DNA of 64,000 bases from Octopus bimaculoides. Taxonomy: Eukaryota. The stretch is taken from the NCBI RefSeq assembly GCF_001194135.2, contig NC_068982.1:192245135-192309134 (forward strand), read 5' to 3'. The notes beneath the pieces are model-generated. The model ran no database searches. It was not told the DNA's origin and saw only the letters and a program-made list of their open reading frames with translations. The position numbers and the translations under genes are program-made. How positions within the stretch are numbered: position 1 is the first letter of the stretch; every line of letters starts with the position of its first letter. Below are positions 12,112-23,636 of the stretch, in pieces.

Positions 12112-12519
12112 CTCACAATTCACAATGTCTACTTCTCAACCCTATCCAGTCTCTGAAGTCCTCAAATCACTTTCCCCTGCCTCCCCTTCAACTCATATTT
12201 ATCGTCAACCATCCCTCAAGCCTTGTTCATCGTTCATTACACTCACCCACCCCACCCCTGTCCTATCACTAGTCATCCCTCATTTCACTCATACATTCTT
12301 ACAATATCTGCCCTTCTTGTTCTGTGCCCAATCTCATTCATCTTGGTAACCCCACAACCCCCAGTACCTCTTGTGAGCAGCCAAGTAATTTCTTCTACAG
12401 CAAGAAACCTGTTCTGGACCTTTTCTTCCATACATTAACCCTTCATTTCCTGGCTTAAACTTGCCCCTTCCTCCTCCTACACCACCACCACCACCACTCA
12501 CCTGATGAAGATCTTAGTC

Positions 12520-12730
12520 TTGCAGGCTACATGGCAACTTCACCAATGCTGGTGTAATAAAAAGATCACCCAGTGCACTCTGCAAGAAGAAAGGCATTGA
12601 GCTGTATGTCAGAGTAGACATTGGAGTATGATGCAGTCCTCCAGTCTCTCAGATCTTGTTCACCCTACCAACTCCTGCCAGCATGGATGAAGGACATTCG
12701 AAAATGATGAGGAGGAGCACAACAATGATG
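12520..12730 (+). mobile_element. Old 3'-end copy of the GAT-tailed RTE family
   Basis: GAAGGCATTGAGCTGT...CCAACTCCTGCCAGCATGGATGAAGGAC...ATGATGA. Confidence 0.5.
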
Positions 12731-12822
12731 ATGATATGCAATTACAGAGTCATATTTTAGTTCACATACATTTGCGCACTTTCACAGAGACAAAGTAAAT
12801 TTAAGAGGCTACATCAGACATA

Positions 12823-13135
12823 GTGGAAGCAAATAGCCTAGTGGTTAGAGCAGTGTACTCGAGGTCGGGGGAGCATGGGTTCGAATCTCAGACTGGGTGA
12901 TGCGTGTGTTCATGAGCAAAAAAAAACCTAAGCTCCATGTGGCTCCAGCAGAAGGTAATGGCAAACTTCTGCTGACTTTTTCGCCCTAACTTTCTCTCTC
13001 TCTTTCCTCTTGCATCTAGCAACTCACCTGTGATGGACTAGTGTCCTGTCCAGGTGGGGAACCTATTCGCCAGAGAAACTGGCAAACTGGCCCTTATGAG
13101 CCAGAGGTGGCTCGAGGAGGAACAAACTACAACAA
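12823..13135 (+). mobile_element. tRNA-headed SINE with V-domain-like core
   Basis: A box TAGCCTAGTGGTTAG, B box GGTTCGAATC, CCTGTGATGGACTAGTGTCCTGTCCAGG (V-SINE-like as I recall it), CAA-rich tail. Confidence 0.7.
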
Positions 13136-13566
13136 ACAGAACACACATCAAGCACAATTTAGATTAGTTTTGAAATGAAAGAAAAAGGAAGGAAGGATGA
13201 AGAAAAGAAGGGAAGGAAGGAAGGAATGAAGGAAGGAAGGAATGAAAGAAGAGATAGGAGGAACAAAACAATTTGAAAATAGAAATGTTTGGCTATTTTA
13301 TTGAATTTGTGTTGGAAAATGAAGGAAAGAAGAAGCTTTTAAAGATTTTCTTTCAATTCATATTTTGTTCTGTGCTAATTAATTTTACATGCCGACTAAT
13401 TTGTTAAAAGTAAGTTAAAATGTAATTAGCAACTGAAATCAAAGACAAATTAAATTATAAAAATATTTTAAAACACTAGAAGCAAAAAAAATTATTTAAA
13501 GATAATCTTTAGACACACAGCACACACACACACACACACACACACATATTTGTGTTGATTTGTGTA

Positions 13567-13589
13567 ATGTATGTATGTATGTATGTATG

Positions 13590-13623
<34 letters not shown>

Positions 13624-13720
13624 TGTACGTATGTATGTATGTACGTACGTACATATGTATATATGTATGTATGTATGTATGTACGTATGTATGTATGTAT
13701 GTACGTATGTATGTATGTGT
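13567..13720 (+). repeat. (ATGT)n microsatellite
   Basis: Direct reading of the sequence. Confidence 0.95.
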
Positions 13721-13804
13721 GTAAATATGGGGGGGGGTAAATAAAATGAGTCAACAAAACCAAGGCTGTGTGGAATTTCTAGGACATTTATAAAGAGAAA
13801 GGTA

Positions 13805-13852
13805 GTCCTACAGCTGTTTTGGGGATGTTAGGGGTATCTTTTCATCAGAGAC
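13805..13852 (-). ncRNA. Decayed minimal hammerhead motif in a Penelope-type end
   Basis: Minus strand CGTCT-CTGATGA-AAAGATACCCCTAACATCCCC-AAAA-CAGCTG-TA-GGAC; stem I GTCT/GGAC pairs; GAAA has become AAAA. Confidence 0.45.
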
Positions 13853-13964
13853 GATATGAGAGAGTTAACTAGAGGGAAATAAGAGAATAAAAATAAAAGT
13901 AAAAATATATGTAGGATGTTGCAGTTCCATTATCCAAGGAAATTGCTGTGTAGAATGGGAAGAA

Positions 13965-15402
13965 ATGCACTCTGGTGACATCACGCTTTGGTTCGCCCAG
14001 CTGGACACTTATTTTTCGGCCCATGTGGTGTCTCTCGAACAGCAAGTAAGTTTATTGTACTGTGGGATGCCTACCCCTCTTGCACACTCAGTGAGAGATC
14101 TTATCACTGACCCACATCCAGACGCAACTTATGTGTCCGTTAAATCTGAGGTTCTCCGACGGAACACCCAATCCGCCAACAGCAAATTCCAGATGCTGAT
14201 GCAGGATGAGCACCTGGGAGACAAGACGCCATCTGGGTTTCTTCGTCGTTTACGTGAAGTCAGCGACACATCACCAGAGGACAATTCTCTGCTCAGAAAA
14301 TTATTTTTCTCTCGGCTGCCGCTGAATGTCCAATCCATACTGGCCACAGTGGTCGACTCGAATTCGCTTGACCAGTTAGCCACCATGGTGGACAAAATTA
14401 TTGAGTTCACTGTGCAGCCTGCACCTCATCATACCTGTTCAGACACAGCAGTAGCTTCCTCTACTACTGTTAAGCCCACTCCCTTGTCACATGACGACAT
14501 TTTGGAGAGAGTCGATGCGTTAGCACGTCGCATGGACACATTGTGGTGAGAGCACGCCAGCTCTCGTTGTCCTCACAGCAGAATCCGTTCTAAGTCACAG
14601 TCAACTAGGTCTACTCCAATGGGTTCTAATCTCTGCTGGTACCATGCCACCTTCAAGGAGAAAGCCCATTGTTGCATCCAACCATGTTCGTTCCAGTTGT
14701 CGGGAAACTAGTTACGGAAGATATGAGCATGTCAGACTCTTCCCGCAAATTCTCATCTAATCGTGCATTCTTTGTTAAGGATCGTGTGCCTGGCAAAGCA
14801 TTTATGGTTGACACTGGATCCAGCTGTGTTATTTGGCCTTTGCGTTTTACTTCAGACAAGCCAAAGCAATCTGCCATCAACCTGTACGCAGTGAATCTAT
14901 CTATGATAAAAACTTTCAGTCCATCATTTTTTGTCGCCCCCCCCCCACTGGTGACCAGTTCCACTCCTTTTTGGCTTCTTTCCCAGAGCTGGTGGATCCG
15001 ACTTTCAAATCAAAGTCACTCACTCAACTCGCCATTATATCACTACTTCTGAACCACCCCTTTTTTCGTGTCGACGGCGACTCGCTCCTGATTGGCTCAA
15101 AAAGGCTCATTCTGAGTTTGAATATATGCTTCAACTCAGCCTTATTCACCCCTCCACCAGCCCTTCGGCATCTCCTCTACATTTGGCAAGGAAAGGGGAT
15201 TCAGACTTTCACCCGGTGGGGGATTACAGACGTTTAAATGCAGTCACTGTTCCCGATCGCTATCCTATAAGGAATCTCCAGGATTTTTCTTCAAACTTGC
15301 ATAATTGTACCATTTTATTCCAAGGTTGACCTCATCCAGGCTTATCATCAGATTCCAATGAACCCTGACGACATTCCCAAAACTGCCGTTATCATCCCCT
15401 TT
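13965..15402 (+). mobile_element. Ty3/gypsy LTR-retrotransposon internal fragment (gag, protease, N-terminal RT); no LTRs seen
   Basis: Gag LWFAQ...LGDKTPSGFLRRLR...LFFSRLP; past the TGA at 14547-14549 the frame continues to CWYHATFKEKAHCCIQPCSF...GN. Protease FMVDTGS; RT SPSASPLH...GDYRRLNAVTVPDRYPI, then DLIQAYHQIPM...KTAVIIPFG. Truncated before YxDD. Confidence 0.92.
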
Positions 15403-15700
15403 GGAAGTGTTGGCCCTGATATAGGATATCCCAGTCTATTATAGCCCAGGAAAGTTTACACTGTATTTTTCTATTGATTAAATGGTGTATGTGGTGAGCT
15501 AGTGATGTGAAATTGCTATTCGCTTTATATTCAAATGAGTTAAAATGGGCATAATACCTTTGTTTAAAATCGCTGCTAGAACCAATGTAGTAGCTACAGG
15601 AGTTATCTACTATGTTGTGAACAGTGCATTGGTATACGACGTTGAATCTTTTGCATTGGGCAATCTGTCCTGGATCTGTAGTTGCAGTTATCAGTTCTAT
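15403..15700 (-). mobile_element. Penelope-like (Naiad-type) GIY-YIG fragment
   Basis: ORF 15392-15781: NVVYQCTV...YYIGSSSDFKQRYYAHFNSF...TSLAHHIHHL...WAII. Confidence 0.75.
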
Positions 15701-16146
15701 GATGGCTAATTGGAGAGAGAGAGAGATGAGGCAGTGCTGGTAATGACAAGGGTTAGGGTTAGGCTTAGGTGAATCAATCATGATATTGCTCTTATTATTG
15801 CTGTCATTTCTAGTATCGATATCAATGCCAGCATTACCATTATTATTTATTATTACGTCATTATCGTTATCGGTGTTGCTGTTGTAATTATTATCATTAG
15901 TAGTAGTAGTAGTAGTATTGGTGGTAGTAGTCGTAGTAGTATTAGCAGAAATAGTAGTAGTAGCATCTTAGGTAGTAGTGTTAGTATTAGTGGTGGTAGA
16001 GGAGGTGGTAGAGTAGTGTTAGTATTAGTGGTGGTAGAGGAGCTGTTTGTGGTAGGAGTATTAGTAATAGTCCGATTTTCAGTAATGGTAACATTGCCAT
16101 TGGTGTTAGTATTAATATTGTTGCTATTCCTATCAGTAGTTGAAGT

Positions 16147-16320
16147 CATCATCATCATCATCATCATCATCATCGTTTAATGTCCACTTTCCATGCTGGC
16201 ATGGGTTGGACGATTTGACTGGCTGCACCAGGCTCCAATCTGATCTGGCAGAGTTTCTACAGCTGGGTGCCCTTCCTAACGCCAACCCCTCCCAGAGTGT
16301 AGTGAGTGCTTTTATGGGCC
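16147..16320 (-). mobile_element. Short 3'-end copy of the GAT-tailed RTE family
   Basis: (CAT)n followed by CGTTTAATGTCCAC...CCCTTCCTAACGCCAAC on the plus strand. Confidence 0.8.
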
Positions 16321-18336
16321 AGTCAGGCGTATATGTATTATTAGTTGCAGTGGTTATAATATAATTATAATATAATTATAATATAATTAGTATCAGTGTG
16401 CCTATTAGTGTTTGCGTCCGTTTCAGGTGTGTGCCTGTTACCCTCAGAAGTGGGCATTATGTTATTTATGTTTAAGTTGTTTAAAGTAGTCGGGCCATGG
16501 GGTGTTAGATATGTTGTTGCGATTGGTGTTGGTGTTTTCATTGTGTTGGTCTATGGTAGGGTTGTATGCATTTAGATAATAAGAGCTAAGTTAACATTTA
16601 TTAGATGAGGTGATAACAGATTCTATATTTGGTGTAGATAATAATAGTAAACTGTGAACCCACAATGATATTTTAAGGGTCCCTGAAAAAATTTTGATTT
16701 AAATGTATTGCAAGAAACAGGTTTCTTTCTTTCTACAGAGTTCAAACTACACAAGGGAATATGTGAAAAACAAAATAGGAATTTTGAATGAAGTTTTTAT
16801 TAAACTAGTTTTTAAATATCAAAAGGTTAGGGGATTCACAGTGTACTATTTTCTATATTTTGGGGCCATGAGCCCTTCTTCAGGACATGTGGAAAAGTGA
16901 AAAATGAATACTTTGAATTGCTGGGTCTGGCCCCTCTTTAGGTGTGTTTTGATTGAAGCGCATCTATGCTCTTATATTTGAATATTCAATTTCCTGGCTG
17001 CCAATGAAGGATGCTGAATATTTACTGCTTCACCAAAACCACTCCATTTTAACACACACACATATATATATATACTTATGAGGATTATACATCACAGTTT
17101 GTGTATGTCTGAAAAACTAAGGACCATAACTTTTCGTTACCCATAGTGGAGTTAAGTCCCTTGAAGAATTAATTTTAATAATTATACACTGAATGAAATT
17201 GAGAAATAATATTTTCATTTTTTCCCCCCTTCCCTCATTAAATAATGAAATATTTTTTGATGTCTGTCCATTATGGAGCTAATTTTACAACAGTGAAATG
17301 TTCGATTCGTCAAGAACCTCTCCCCTTCTTTAGAACAATTAGTGGGAAACATTGTTACAGTTCAGCTCCAGTTGAATAAGTTGAAGACAAAACAACTAAT
17401 CTTTGAGAAGCAACAATGTAGCATGTTTTTCTCACAATAGTAAAATATGATAGATTTATCGGTTATTGAAATAATAGTTGAAGTGATCAGAGAAGTAGAA
17501 GTTCCCTCATTGATTGGAAAATATAAGGTTGGTCAATCAGTGAAACTGGTTTCAACAGACTTTTGCTACAGGCATTGTGGAACTGCAGCACCCCCTATTT
17601 TCACTCAATATTACCAATAACATTCAATATAATAAGTCTTTCTTTCTTTATACATTTTATAATCCTTAAGCTTGATGTCAGTAGTCATCCCCTTGTTCGT
17701 GAAAAATTACAAAAATCCTTGTATGGAAGGAACTGTGTGCTTTACAGTTCCAGCGATGTGGTGTTTGGCTGTTCTGTGCATGTGATTGTCTGAGGAAAGA
17801 AGCTGCGCACTGATTAGAGAGAGCCCTGTTGCTCACGCAGTGCCAACCCTGTTGTCTGAGTGTAATGTAGTGCTTATTTTGGACTCGGCTTGTGTTGTGC
17901 TTGAAAACCGTCTACCATATTCTTGAATGTGATTAACTGTACATGATTATCATGCTTTCAAGTTAGTCTATTTAGTTCATAGGTTTTTTTATTGTTTTAT
18001 TGTATAGAAAATTTTAATTATTTAACTGTGACCTCCTTACATCCCAAAGAAAATAAGTTCTGTGACAGTAAGTGAGGACAGAATTGGGGAGTTGGAGATA
18101 AGCATAATGCATGAAGTGGAAATGCGAGGAAGAGAAGAGATGTAGAGACGTAGTTTGGTTTGTTGTGGTAGAGTGTGTGAGAAGTTTTCTTGTTAAGTGT
18201 GGGTGGGGCACACAGCACTTCTAGAGCTCAGTTTCACTGATGTAGGTGGGTCTTCTTAAGAACCTCATATCACCAGACATCTCAATCTATTGTTATTTCC
18301 TCCATGAAGTCCAACATCCTAAGATATATATATAAA

Positions 18337-18655
18337 CATCATCATCATCATCATCATCTTTTAACGTCCGTTTTCCATGCTGGCAAGGGTTGGATGGTTT
18401 GACTGGGGTCTGGCAAGCCAGGATCCAGTCTGATCTGGCAATGTTTCTACAGCTAGATGCCCTTCCTAACACCAACTGCTCTGAGAGTGTAGTGGGTGCT
18501 TTTTATATGCCACCAGCACAGGGGCCAGTCAGGATGAGGGGGCTGGCATTGACTATGTTTGGATGGTGCATTTTATGTGCCACCGGTACGGGAGCCAGTC
18601 AGGCAGCACTGGCATCGGCCATGTTTGGATGGTGCCTTTTACATGCCACCAGCAC
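18337..18655 (-). mobile_element. Short 3'-end copy of the GAT-tailed RTE family
   Basis: (CAT)n tail, ATGCCCTTCCTAAC core and stem-loop repeat units. Confidence 0.8.
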
Positions 18656-18771
18656 ACATATGAATATTATATACAGGTAAAAAATTAAGAAGTGCGTGCG
18701 TTACATAAATAATATTTTCAGGATTAAATAAAAAGACAATAAACAGAAAATTTGACATACCTCTGTATAAT

Positions 18772-19207
18772 TAAAAGAATGTGTAGTAAATAAACAAATG
18801 AACGTATACTAAATACACAGGTGAAGAGAAAGCCCAGAAGGTTACTGACCCCTCATCAGTTATTGGCCATTTCAGCCATTATTGATAAGATTGCTTCCAG
18901 TCTGGAGGCACTGGGAATGGGACCAAGACATCACAAAATAAGACTGTTAGTGGACGAATGAGGGATAAAAAAATAAACAGAATAAAGGCTTAGGACCACA
19001 TGAAGACAACAATTGATAATAAAAAATAATAATACATATACAACAAAAAAAGCCTGAGGGCTGCAAAGACAGACAAAAGTGGGTAACACAAAAGAGAAAT
19101 TTCATTTCTCCTCCGATAACTGATGAGGAGCTGGTGACCTTCTGGGCTTTCTCTTCACCTGTGCATTTAGTATACGTCCATTTGTTTATTTACAACACGC
19201 TTTTTTA
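18772..19207. repeat. ~95-bp inverted repeat with ~250-bp spacer
   Basis: 18772-18866 is the reverse complement of 19113-19207 with few mismatches; both inner ends carry CTGATGAG. Confidence 0.85.
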
Positions 19208-19557
19208 AATTTCATATATNNNNNNNNNNNNNNNNNNNNNNNNNNNNNNNNNNNNNNNNNNNNNNNNNNNNNNNNNNNNNNNNNNNNNNNNNNNNNNNNN
19301 NNNNNNNNNNNNNNNNNNNNNNNNNNNNNNNNNNNNNNNNNNNNNNNNNNNNNNNNNNNNNNNNNNNNNNNNNNNNNNNNNNNNNNNNNNNNNNNNNNNN
19401 NNNNNNNNNNNNNNNNNNNNNNNNNNNNNNNNNNNNNNNNNNNNNNNNNNNNNNNNNNNNNNNNNNNNNNNNNNNNNNNNTCCTCAGTCAAATCATCCAA
19501 CCCATGCTAGCATGGAAAGTGGACGTTAAACGACGACGACGACGACGACGACAAACA

Positions 19558-20435
19558 GCCATGCTACATGGCAGTGAAACATGGGCTGTGACTGCTGAGG
19601 ACATGCATAAGCTTGCGAGGAATGAAGCCAGTATGCTCTGCTGGATGTGTAATGTCAGTGTGCATACATGACAGAGTGTAAGTGCCCTGAGAGAAAAGTT
19701 GGACTTAAGAAGCATCAGTTGTGGTGTGTAAGAGAGACGATTGCGCTGGTATGGTCATGTGGTGAGAATAGATAAGGACAACCGTGTGAAAAAGTGTCAC
19801 ACCCTAACGATTGAGGGAGCCTGTGGAAGAGGTAGACCCAGGAAGAGTTGGGATGAGGTGGTCAAGCACGACCTTCGAACATTAGGCCTCACCGAGGCAA
19901 TGACTAGTGACCGAGACCTTTGGAAATATGCTGTGCTTGAGAAGACCCAGCAAGCCAAGTGAGACCATAACCCATGGCCTATGCCAGTGGTGTAACCAGC
20001 CCACTAATGCATACCTTTTTTTCATTGGACACTAAACTCTGCTTGCAAAGACCTGTTCAGGAAAGTGAAATCGAAATCAAATTCGCTGACGCGGCTGATG
20101 ACAGCACCGCCTGACTGGCATCCATGCTGGTGGAATGTTAAGAGCACCATTCAAGCATGATCGTTGCCAGGGCCACTGACTGGCTCCTGTGCTGGTGGCA
20201 TGTAAAATGCACCATTCGAGCATGATCGTTACCAGTGTCGCCTTACTGGCACTTGTGCCAGTGGCACGTGAAAAGCAACATTCGAACAAGATCATTGCCA
20301 GTGACACTGGACTGGCCCCTGTGCAGGTGGCATGTAAAAAAACACTATTTGAACATGGCTGTTGCCAGTACCACCTGACTGGCCCTCGTGCCGGTGGCAT
20401 GTCCAACCCATGACAACATGGAAAGCAGACGTTAA

Positions 20436-20470
<35 letters not shown>
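19558..20470 (+). mobile_element. RTE LINE, 5'-truncated, ORF end plus 3' UTR and GAT tail
   Basis: AMLHGSETWAVT...RLRWYGHV...GRGRPRKSWDEVVKHDL...; stop at 19962; (GAT)n from about 20437. Confidence 0.9.
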
Positions 20471-20482
20471 ATAATTATCATC

Positions 20483-20640
20483 AGGAGTGGCTGTGTGGTA
20501 AGTAGCTTGCTTACCAACCACATGGTTCCGGGTTCAGTCCCACTGCGTGGCACCTTGAGCAAGTGTCTTCTACTATAGCATCAGGCCGACCAAAGCCTTG
20601 TGAGTGGATTTGGTAGATAGAAGCTGAAAGAAGCCCATCG
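20483..20640 (+). mobile_element. tRNA-derived SINE (CORE-like), intact head
   Basis: A box TGGCTGTGTGGTAAG, B box GGTTCAGTCCC, CACCTTGAGCAAGTGTCTTC. Confidence 0.8.
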
Positions 20641-21109
20641 TATATATATGTGTGTGTGTGTGTGTNNNNNNNNNNNNNNNNNNNNNNNNNNNNNNNNNNN
20701 NNNNNNNNNNNNNNNNNNNNNNNNNNNNNNNNNNNNNNNNNNNNNNNNNNNNNNNNNNNNNNNNNNNNNNNNNNNNNNNNNNNNNNNNNNNNNNNNNNNN
20801 NNNNNNNNNNNNNNNNNNNNNNNNNNNNNNNNNNNNNNNNNNNNNNNNNNNNNNNNNNNNNNNNNCCATACTTGCATGGGTCATTTGTTGAGGCAGATTT
20901 TTCTTTTCTACAGCCAGGAGGATGCCTTTCCTGTCACTAACTTGCATCTGTTTCCAGGCAAAGAAATATTTCCCTGAGACCAGATATGCTTTCACGAAAG
21001 ATTGCAAACAACATTACATGTTTAATGGTGATTGCTTGTTTTTCACAAGCATCATGGAAATATCAAAACAAGGCTATACATAAACACAAACACACTCACA
21101 TATATATAC

Positions 21110-21262
21110 AAAAGTCTTCTTTCGGTTTCTATTCACCAAATCCACTCATAAAGTTTTGGTCAGCCTGGGACTATGGGGATAAAGCACTTGTCCAAGGTGC
21201 TGCACAGTGGAACTGTTAACCCAAAAATGGTTTGGAAGCAAGCTTCTTAAACTACGCTACCA
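21110..21262 (-). mobile_element. Diverged copy of the same tRNA SINE
   Basis: Reverse-complement match to 20483-20640. Confidence 0.65.
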
Positions 21263-21491
21263 CACCTTCATGGAAAGTGGGTGTTAAATGATGCTGAGGA
21301 TATATATATATACATACATATCTTAGGTTTTGGTAGGGTACAAAGATAGGGTACTTCCAGAGAAGCATTCAACCCAAGTTCTGGGCTATGAATGCTGTTG
21401 GATTCCAGACCAATACTGAAATTCTTCAAGTGTAGAAAATCCTGGTTTCATGACAATAATACCATTTTGTGGGTTTGGTGAAGAGTAAATT

Positions 21492-21776
21492 ATAATCCAG
21501 ATAATAAGAAGACAAAGAAATTCTTTAAAACATCTTTAACGATTCATTACAATTGCTTCTGTACACCTTTACATTGGCACAATGTAAAGGCTCACCCCTT
21601 TGATGCAAGTCTGATGAAGTGTCACTCTAATGTCTAAAACTGCAAACATTGTATAAATTTTCACTTTGAAATTTTGCATAAACTGGCATTGCAAGCAGAG
21701 TTGGTACAGAAACAATTGTAATGAATTGTTAAAGATGTTTTAAAGAATTTCTTTGTCTTCTTCTTATTTAGATTAT
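21492..21776. repeat. ~70-bp inverted repeat enclosing a perfect 11-bp hairpin and a decayed hammerhead-like motif
   Basis: Arms 21492-21564 / 21704-21776; CCTTTACATTG-GCA-CAATGTAAAGG at 21566-21590; CTGATGA at 21611. Confidence 0.85.
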
Positions 21777-21992
21777 ATATATATATATATTCAATTAGAG
21801 GTTAAAATAGCCTCATTAAGGGATAGTAATACCCAATGGATTACTGGTTTATTGCCTAGAATTTTTGTGAATAATAATATTCATAAAATAATAGGTCTAA
21901 ATATAAATCTTGGTTTATAAGTATACAAAAGAATATTTAGAAAATGGAGATAAAGCATTAATATAATTTATTATCTGCAAAAATCCAACATA

Positions 21993-22078
21993 TTCTCTTA
22001 CAGCTGTTTCAATTTAGCCAAAAGATTTAAATTACAATAATTAAATCATTATATAAGGCAAAATCTCATCAGAGGGGT
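21993..22078 (-). ncRNA. Hammerhead ribozyme motif (Penelope pseudo-LTR type), core intact
   Basis: Minus strand CCCT-CTGATGA-GATTTTGCC...GGCTAAATT-GAAA-CAGCTG-TA-AGAG: both boxes intact, stem II 8 of 9 paired, palindromic stem III, GUA cleavage triplet, weak stem I. Confidence 0.6.
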
Positions 22079-22100
22079 AGAAAAAATATACTGTTCGATT

Positions 22101-22172
22101 ATTAGATGTTGTGTTTTTGAATCATCTCAGCAGACTCAGTCTGCTAAGATAATTCGAAAACACAACACCTAA
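22101..22172. repeat. ~35-bp-stem hairpin
   Basis: ATTAGATGTTGTGTTTTTGAAT-CATCTCAGCAGAC-TCA-GTCTGCTAAGATA-ATTCGAAAACACAACACCTAAT. Confidence 0.85.
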
Positions 22173-23509
22173 TGCTATATCTCCATTTTCTGAATTTTCT
22201 TTATATATATATATATATATATATAATAATTTTTTTCCAGAGGATGTGGCAACCGTTACCAATATAGCATAAGAACTTACCTGAGGAGATCATTAATTAG
22301 ATTCCTTAAGGGTCGTTCTCACAGTTTATATTTATNNNNNNNNNNNNNNNNNNNNNNNNNNNNNNNNNNNNNNNNNNNNNNNNNNNNNNNNNNNNNNNNN
22401 NNNNNNNNNNNNNNNNNNNNNNNNNNNNNNNNNNNNNNNNNNNNNNNNNNNNNNNNNNNNNNNNNNNNNNNNNNNNNNNNNNNNNNNNNNNNNNNNNNNN
22501 NNNNNNNNNNNNNNNNNNNNNNNNNNNNNNNNNNNNNNNNNNNNNNNNNNNNNNNNNNNNNNNNNNNNNNNNNNNNNNNNNNNNNNNNNNNNNNNNNNNN
22601 NNNNNNNNNNNNNNNNNNNNNNNNNNNNNNNNNNNNNNNNNNNNNNNNNNNNNNNNNNNNNNNNNNNNNNNNNNNNNNNNNNNNNNNNNNNNNNNNNNNN
22701 NNNNNNNNNNNNNNNNNNNNNNNNNNNNNNNNNNNNNNNNNNNNNNNNNNNNNNNNNNNNNNNNNNNNNNNNNNNNNNNNNNNNNNNNNNNNNNNNNNNN
22801 NNNNNNNNNNNNNNNNNNNNNNNATCCCCACCCAATACATTCTGTTTTTGAGATCTTCCCTACCAAATAACACATTAACTGAAATCTTAAAAACAAACTA
22901 ACCTTCGGTTCTTCTGCAAAAACTCTTGACTGATTAACCTAAAACATGAAAGCCTTTTCAAGCATTACACTCCACATTAATATGGAGAATAATGCTTGAT
23001 TAAACAGTAAACAATATCAGCAGTTTTGACATGGATGAATGATTTTGAATGGAATGAGGAAACAGCATGAATTGAACCTGTGACTAACTCCAGAAAAGAT
23101 GGTAGTATCGCTTTGATGTATTCTTCAGATTTCAGAATGAAAACCATCAGGTTATTAGCAGAGTTGTTAGTTTCCTGTCAATCTTGTAAAAGTAAAATAA
23201 TTCCAGAGCTGATCACTTTCGACATGAATCACCTGAAGAAGTTCTTCCACTGAAAGCATCGTCTCAGCCATTTACTTGGGTTTTGCTTTTATAAAAAAGA
23301 AAAGAAAGAAAGAAAAAACATGGACCAATCTGACCATGAATGTATTTCCAGCAAGTTTTAACAGTTTCAACCATTGTAAAGTAAGGATCAACAAACTTGT
23401 TTTCCTCATAATCGTTGGCTTCTGAGAAAAGGGTAAATCCTTTCCATGTGGTACAACATAAAATGCACAAGAACATACACACACACACACACACATATTA
23501 CTTTTATAA

Positions 23510-23540
<31 letters not shown>

Positions 23541-23584
23541 GTGTGTGTGTGTGTTCATATATATATATATGTATGTATGTATGT

Positions 23585-23636
<52 letters not shown>

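Noticed and set aside
12823-12900. tRNA gene (also the heads at 20483 and 51330)
   Set aside because: A and B boxes are present, but there is no cloverleaf and they run into SINE bodies.
23228-23268. CTGAAGA...GAAA hammerhead-like motif
   Set aside because: Stems I and III do not pair; probably chance.
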